DNA from: an uncultured Candidatus Binatia bacterium
GTDB taxonomy: Bacteria; Desulfobacterota; Binatia; Bin18
Length of the DNA: 64,000 bases
Direction of reading: 5' to 3'
Assembly: GCA_965200965.1 (NCBI GenBank)
Contig: OZ241744.1
Span: 2,272,001 to 2,336,000, forward strand
Under the pieces are notes generated by a model. The model saw only the letters and a list, made by a program, of their open reading frames with translations, had not been told where the DNA came from and did not search any database. Both the position numbers and the translations under genes were made by a program. Of this stretch, positions 56,500-64,000 are shown piece after piece; positions within the stretch are counted from its first letter, which is position 1; each line of letters begins with the position of its first letter.

Positions 56500-57627
56500 T
56501 CAGTGCAGCGAAGCATAGGTCGCCTTGATGATCCGTGCCGAGCGTTGATCACCAAGCGTACTCTCGCCCATGCGGTTCATCACATAGGCTATCGAGGTAC
56601 GCGTATCGGGATCAACCACCGCAATGGACCCGCCCCAGCCGCCCCAGTAGAAGGCACCGGGACTTGGCGTGAACGGCATCCGCGGGTTCATCAGGCCGAA
56701 TCCCAGTCCGAAAAGCATCCACACGCCGAGCACCAGATCCTTGCCGTTGGTCTGCTGCTGTCGCGCCAGGGCCACCGTTTCGGGTGCCATCAGCCGGACG
56801 CCGTCAAGCGCGCCTCCCGCGGCCAGGGCCCCATGCACACGGGCGACGGCCCGCGCGTTGCCGATTCCTCCGGCAGCCGGAATTTCCGCCGCGCGCCACG
56901 CCCGCGTCTGCGGCTCCCGGCCTGTCAACGCGGCAGACCGGAAGGTCCGGGTGGCAATCGAATCCGGATCGCCGGGAATCTGATCCATCGTCGTCGCGGG
57001 AGGGACCATCTCGCCGACGCGATCGTCGTGCCGGGCATCCAGCCCGATATGAAAATCGACCGTGAGCGGGGCCGCGACCTCCTCACGAAAGAAGCTGCCA
57101 AGGCTGCGGCCATCGACCCGGCGCAGGATTTCTCCCTGCAAGTAGCCCTGCGTCAGGGCGTGGTATCCCGAGGCGGTCCCGGGCTCCCACCACGGGGCCT
57201 GACCGGCCAGCCTGGCGCAGATGGCATCCCAGTTGTAGAGGTCCTCAACCGTGACGCGTGAGTCAAAACCAGCCACGCCCGCCGAGTGGCTCATCACATG
57301 GCGAACGAGGACACCCTCCTTGCCGTTCTGAGCAAACTCGGGCCAGTAGCGGGCAACCGGAGCGTCGAACTCAACCAGCCCCCGGTCCGCGAGCAGCAAC
57401 ATGCAGACCGCGGCCATGGTTTTGGTGGTGGAGTACACGTTGACGATGGTGTTCTTCTGCCAGGGCGCGCCACCCGGCACTGCGGCACCGCCCCACAGAT
57501 CAACAACCACTTCTCCGTCATGGACGACACACGCACTGGCCCCAAGCTCCTCGCCGGTCGCAAAGTTCTCCTGAAACGCCCCGCGAACGGCCGCGAAGTC
57601 GTCCGCGCAGTAGCCCTGAGGTTCCAT
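56500..57627 (-). CDS. serine hydrolase / family VIII esterase (beta-lactamase fold)
   Basis: SxxK (STTK), WPEF, WEPGT.SGYH and WGGWGGS motifs. Confidence 0.92.
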   Translation of the reverse strand: MEPQGYCADDFAAVRGAFQENFATGEELGASACVVHDGEVVVDLWGGAAVPGGAPWQKNTIVNVYSTTKTMAAVCMLLLADRGLVEFDAPVARYWPEFAQNGKEGVLVRHVMSHSAGVAGFDSRVTVEDLYNWDAICARLAGQAPWWEPGTASGYHALTQGYLQGEILRRVDGRSLGSFFREEVAAPLTVDFHIGLDARHDDRVGEMVPPATTMDQIPGDPDSIATRTFRSAALTGREPQTRAWRAAEIPAAGGIGNARAVARVHGALAAGGALDGVRLMAPETVALARQQQTNGKDLVLGVWMLFGLGFGLMNPRMPFTPSPGAFYWGGWGGSIAVVDPDTRTSIAYVMNRMGESTLGDQRSARIIKATYASLH

Positions 57628-57686
57628 TCTGGTTTTCCTTCCCTGATACCCCCGTCGGTGAGGGCGGTGTCCCGGACAGATGGGCG

Positions 57687-59504
57687 CTATTTGACAATCA
57701 GACCGGCAAAATCCCCCTGTTCACGCCAGCGGGCGAGCATGTCATAAAAGGCCAGCGCGCCCGTGGGGTAGACGGACTGGAGGAAGCCCTGGCCCTCGTT
57801 CGTTCCCTCACCGTTGTAGTAGCCCGGCGTACAGACGTTCTGGTACTTGGTCATCATGTTCGGTCCGGTCACCAGCTGCACCCACTCGGCCTCGGCTTCG
57901 GGGGTCGGCTCGATGGATTGGGCGTTGCGACGATTGACCAGGGTGATGAGCTGGGCAACGTGCTGGGCCTGATTATCGAGCATATAGGTGAAGTTGGCCG
58001 TGAGGCCGGTCTGCGTCAGCCCCATGTGGAAACAGTTCGGAAACCCGCAGCTCAGGAAACCGTGGAAGGTGCGCATCCCGTCTGTCCAGGCGTCGGAGAG
58101 CGACACGCCGCCGCGTCCGTACATCCCGAACCCGGCCCGCCGCGTGTAGGCGGTTCCGACCTCAAACCCGGTGGCGAAGATCAGGCAGTCCACCGCGTAC
58201 TCAACCCCGTCCATCACGACTCCGCGTCCGGTGACGCGATCAACGCCTTTGCCGTGGGTGTCCACCAGGGTCACGTTGGGCCGGTTGAAGGTCGGCAGGT
58301 AGTCGTCGTTGAAGGTCGGCCGTTTGCACCACTGGCCGTACCACGGCTTGAGCGCCTCCGCGGTCGCCGGGTCGTTCACGGTTGTGGACACCCGGTCGCG
58401 GATCTCATTCATCTTCTGGAAGTCGGCGATCTCCGCCAGGAGCGCTTTTTCCCGGCCGGAGAGAGCGGAGTCATTCTGGCTGGCCAGCAGATCGCTGAGC
58501 TTCTTGAGCGGGCTGGTCCACTTGTCACGCACCTGGTCGTCCTCAAGCTGGACCCCGTCCAGGAGGGCGGTGAAGTTGCGGTTCCGATAGGCCTGCCAGC
58601 CGGGCTTGAGCGTCTTGGCCCATTCGGGGTTGGTGGGTGTGTTGTTGCGTTCGTCCACAGAGGACGGCGTGCGCTGGAACACATACAGCCGCCGCGCGTG
58701 CTCGCCCAGATGGGGGATGCACTGGATCGCGGTTGCCCCAGTGCCAATAATCCCAACCCGCTTGTCGTGGAGTTTGTGCAAGCCCCCGGTGGTGTCGCCG
58801 CCGGTGTAGTCGTAGTCCCAGCGGCTGGTATGGAAGGTATGCCCGGTGAAGTGCTCAATGCCCGGGATTCCGGGCAACTTGGGCTTGTTCAGCGGCCCGC
58901 TCGACATGATCACAAAGCGCGTCCTGAACACATCGTCGCGATCGGTGGTGACGGTCCAGCGCCCGGCCTCCTCATCCCAGCGCGCCTCTTTGACCCTGGT
59001 CTGGAAGCAGGCTTTCTCGTAGAGCTTGAAGTGCCGGCCGATCCGCTGGGCATGGCTGAAAATTTCCGGCGCAAAGGAGTAGCGCTCCCTGGGGATGTAG
59101 CCGGTCTCTTCCAGCAGCGGCAGGTAGAGGTAGCCTTCGATGTCGCACTGTGCGCCGGGATAGCGGTTCCAGTACCAGGTGCCACCAAAATCCCCGGCTT
59201 TCTCGACAAGGCGAAAGGAGGTGATGCCCATCTCTTGCAGCCGCACGGCCGCCAACTGGCCGCCAAAACCGCCGCCAATAATCAGCGCATCAAGCGCTTC
59301 GTGCAGCGCCGGGCGGGTAAAGCCCGGTTCGACATAGGGGTCACTGTCATAGCGCGCGAACTGGCCGCTGATTTCCTGGTATTGAGTGTTGGCGTCTGCC
59401 CGGAGACGTTTTCCGCGCTCGGCAGCATACTTCTCGCGCAGGGCCCCAGGGTCAAAGCCCAACTCGTCGGCAGTCGGGATACGGCTCGATCCGGTCTGGC
59501 TCAT
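57687..59504 (-). CDS. Baeyer-Villiger monooxygenase (FAD/NADPH)
   Basis: [17 protein letters not shown], fingerprint [17 protein letters not shown] and ATGF. Confidence 0.94.
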   Translation of the reverse strand: MSQTGSSRIPTADELGFDPGALREKYAAERGKRLRADANTQYQEISGQFARYDSDPYVEPGFTRPALHEALDALIIGGGFGGQLAAVRLQEMGITSFRLVEKAGDFGGTWYWNRYPGAQCDIEGYLYLPLLEETGYIPRERYSFAPEIFSHAQRIGRHFKLYEKACFQTRVKEARWDEEAGRWTVTTDRDDVFRTRFVIMSSGPLNKPKLPGIPGIEHFTGHTFHTSRWDYDYTGGDTTGGLHKLHDKRVGIIGTGATAIQCIPHLGEHARRLYVFQRTPSSVDERNNTPTNPEWAKTLKPGWQAYRNRNFTALLDGVQLEDDQVRDKWTSPLKKLSDLLASQNDSALSGREKALLAEIADFQKMNEIRDRVSTTVNDPATAEALKPWYGQWCKRPTFNDDYLPTFNRPNVTLVDTHGKGVDRVTGRGVVMDGVEYAVDCLIFATGFEVGTAYTRRAGFGMYGRGGVSLSDAWTDGMRTFHGFLSCGFPNCFHMGLTQTGLTANFTYMLDNQAQHVAQLITLVNRRNAQSIEPTPEAEAEWVQLVTGPNMMTKYQNVCTPGYYNGEGTNEGQGFLQSVYPTGALAFYDMLARWREQGDFAGLIVK

Positions 59505-59681
59505 CGGGTCAGTCCTCCTTAGACTTCAGTTCTTCGTCCACACACACGGCTCGCCGGCTTCTCCCCAGCGGTCACACGCCGGGCTTCCTGGCCGCGCTGT
59601 CCCTTGGGCGGGGTGTGAGGTTCCGGTTGAATGCGCCGGCCAGCATACCCGACTCGGAGGCGTCGGTCCAGTCATCACGCC

Positions 59682-63080
<3,399 letters not shown>

Positions 63081-63081
63081 T

Positions 63082-63573
63082 TCAGCGATCCTCCATGAGC
63101 TCGGGGCACAGGAATTCAACGCGAACTCCGCAGCGCTCCAGGGAAAGGCGGTCATCCCACCAGTCCCTATCAGAAGCGTTAAGAATCGGCGGTCCCTCTT
63201 TGCTGGCGACGGCAACGGCCACAAACTTCCGGTCATTGCGGTCGAAATTGCTCAACGCATCGCTCTCGGGAAATTCCTCAAACACACGCGCCGGGTCAGG
63301 TGTAATACGCACGAACTGACACACCTCAGGATTTCCCCGGTTGTTACAAAGCCATTTGAAGAACACATCACCCGGCCCCGGCTGGCCGGAAGGATGCAGA
63401 TAGCCACGGTATTCATCGAGAATGCACCCCGTCTCATCCAACAGGAGCCTTTCCGCGTCTTGAATTTTTCTCAGCCGTTTGAGACACGTCAGGACGCAAT
63501 CCGGGCTTGCCTGATCCGCTTTCCCGTTAGCCACTATGGCCACATTCGTATCCATCACCACCGCGGGTTTCAC
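63082..63573 (-). CDS. PIN-domain-like protein
   Basis: VVMDTNV, ILDEY, DRNDRKFVAVA and ASDRDW supply the four acidic PIN residues. Confidence 0.72.
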   Translation of the reverse strand: MKPAVVMDTNVAIVANGKADQASPDCVLTCLKRLRKIQDAERLLLDETGCILDEYRGYLHPSGQPGPGDVFFKWLCNNRGNPEVCQFVRITPDPARVFEEFPESDALSNFDRNDRKFVAVAVASKEGPPILNASDRDWWDDRLSLERCGVRVEFLCPELMEDR

Positions 63574-64000
63574 CCTGCTTCCTCCTTGCGTCGTTTCTGG
63601 GCCGCTTGTGTCATGGCTGCGATTTCCCCGAACTCATCGCCGAAAAAATCCTTCGGCCAGTTGGTAATGTTGCCGAACATATCAAGCTCAAGCTTGGTGA
63701 TGCTGGAACCACCCGCGTCTGCGCTGCAAAAAAAGAGCCCGACATCATCCTTGCTCACGGTCTCGTCAGCAATACGCAGTTGCAGCCGGCGGAGAAGATG
63801 CTCGCTGTGGCTCTCGAGTACAATCTGAACCTTGCGGTTCTTCCAGGCATCAATGAGGACATCGGCAAGCCCCGATTGCACGGCCGGGTGCAGGTGAATC
63901 TCCGGTTGTTCAAGGAGTATTGTGGAACCTTCCGGCACATAGAAGCAGAGGACCAGCACCGGGAGAATCTGCGATACACCAAAGCCGACATCGGTGATAA
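63570..64000 (-). CDS. ABC/AAA_21-type ATPase with DUF3696-like C-terminus (5' part outside window)
   Basis: DVGFGVSQILP, LLEQPEIHLHP, ESHSEH and GNITNWPKDFF motifs. Confidence 0.85.
   Translation of the reverse strand, partial: ITDVGFGVSQILPVLVLCFYVPEGSTILLEQPEIHLHPAVQSGLADVLIDAWKNRKVQIVLESHSEHLLRRLQLRIADETVSKDDVGLFFCSADAGGSSITKLELDMFGNITNWPKDFFGDEFGEIAAMTQAAQKRRKEEAG

Noticed and set aside
57918-59522. 534-aa plus-strand ORF
   Set aside because: Antisense shadow of the BVMO gene, typical of high-GC codon bias; no recognisable motifs.
59505-59681. tRNA or att site at the boundary of the defence locus
   Set aside because: No cloverleaf and no direct repeat matching elsewhere in the window; only a weak tcacac...gtgtga hairpin.
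63081-63236. 52-aa N-terminal extension of the DUF499 ORF in the ORF track
   Set aside because: It overlaps the PIN gene; the ATG at 63080 has a GGAGG RBS.

Overview
GC-rich bacterial chromosomal segment. The gene content (rpoH-type sigma factor, mutS2, tatBC, DUF4911, many CoA-dependent catabolic enzymes, Uma2) suggests a deltaproteobacteria-like lineage such as Binatia; this is inference only. Layout: (i) 1-2 kb, end of a probable defence locus (ParB-like protein plus nuclease-like protein, followed by a possible deletion scar); (ii) 2-22 kb, housekeeping and metabolic genes (VOC, MBL, two solute-binding proteins, trmJ, rpoZ, rpoH, CinA-like, mutS2, DUF309, diiron protein, MATE); (iii) 22.4-43.2 kb, a surface-glycan cluster with neuA/neuB, a sialyltransferase-like gene, flippase, six further glycosyltransferases, three methyltransferases (one broken by an in-frame TAG), a pyruvyltransferase, and an O-antigen ligase/polymerase-like membrane protein with three apparently circularly permuted FN3-like repeats; (iv) 43-59.5 kb, CoA/lipid catabolism, tatBC, a deacetylase and a BVMO-esterase-DUF1329 run; (v) 59.7-64 kb, a defence-type locus (HEPN-DUF499 ATPase, PIN protein, ABC ATPase cut by the window edge). 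A 48-49 bp hairpin repeat occurs four times, twice inside coding sequences. Several gene remnants are present. I saw no tRNA, rRNA, CRISPR array, integrase or transposase. All family calls come from motif recognition by eye, not database searches.
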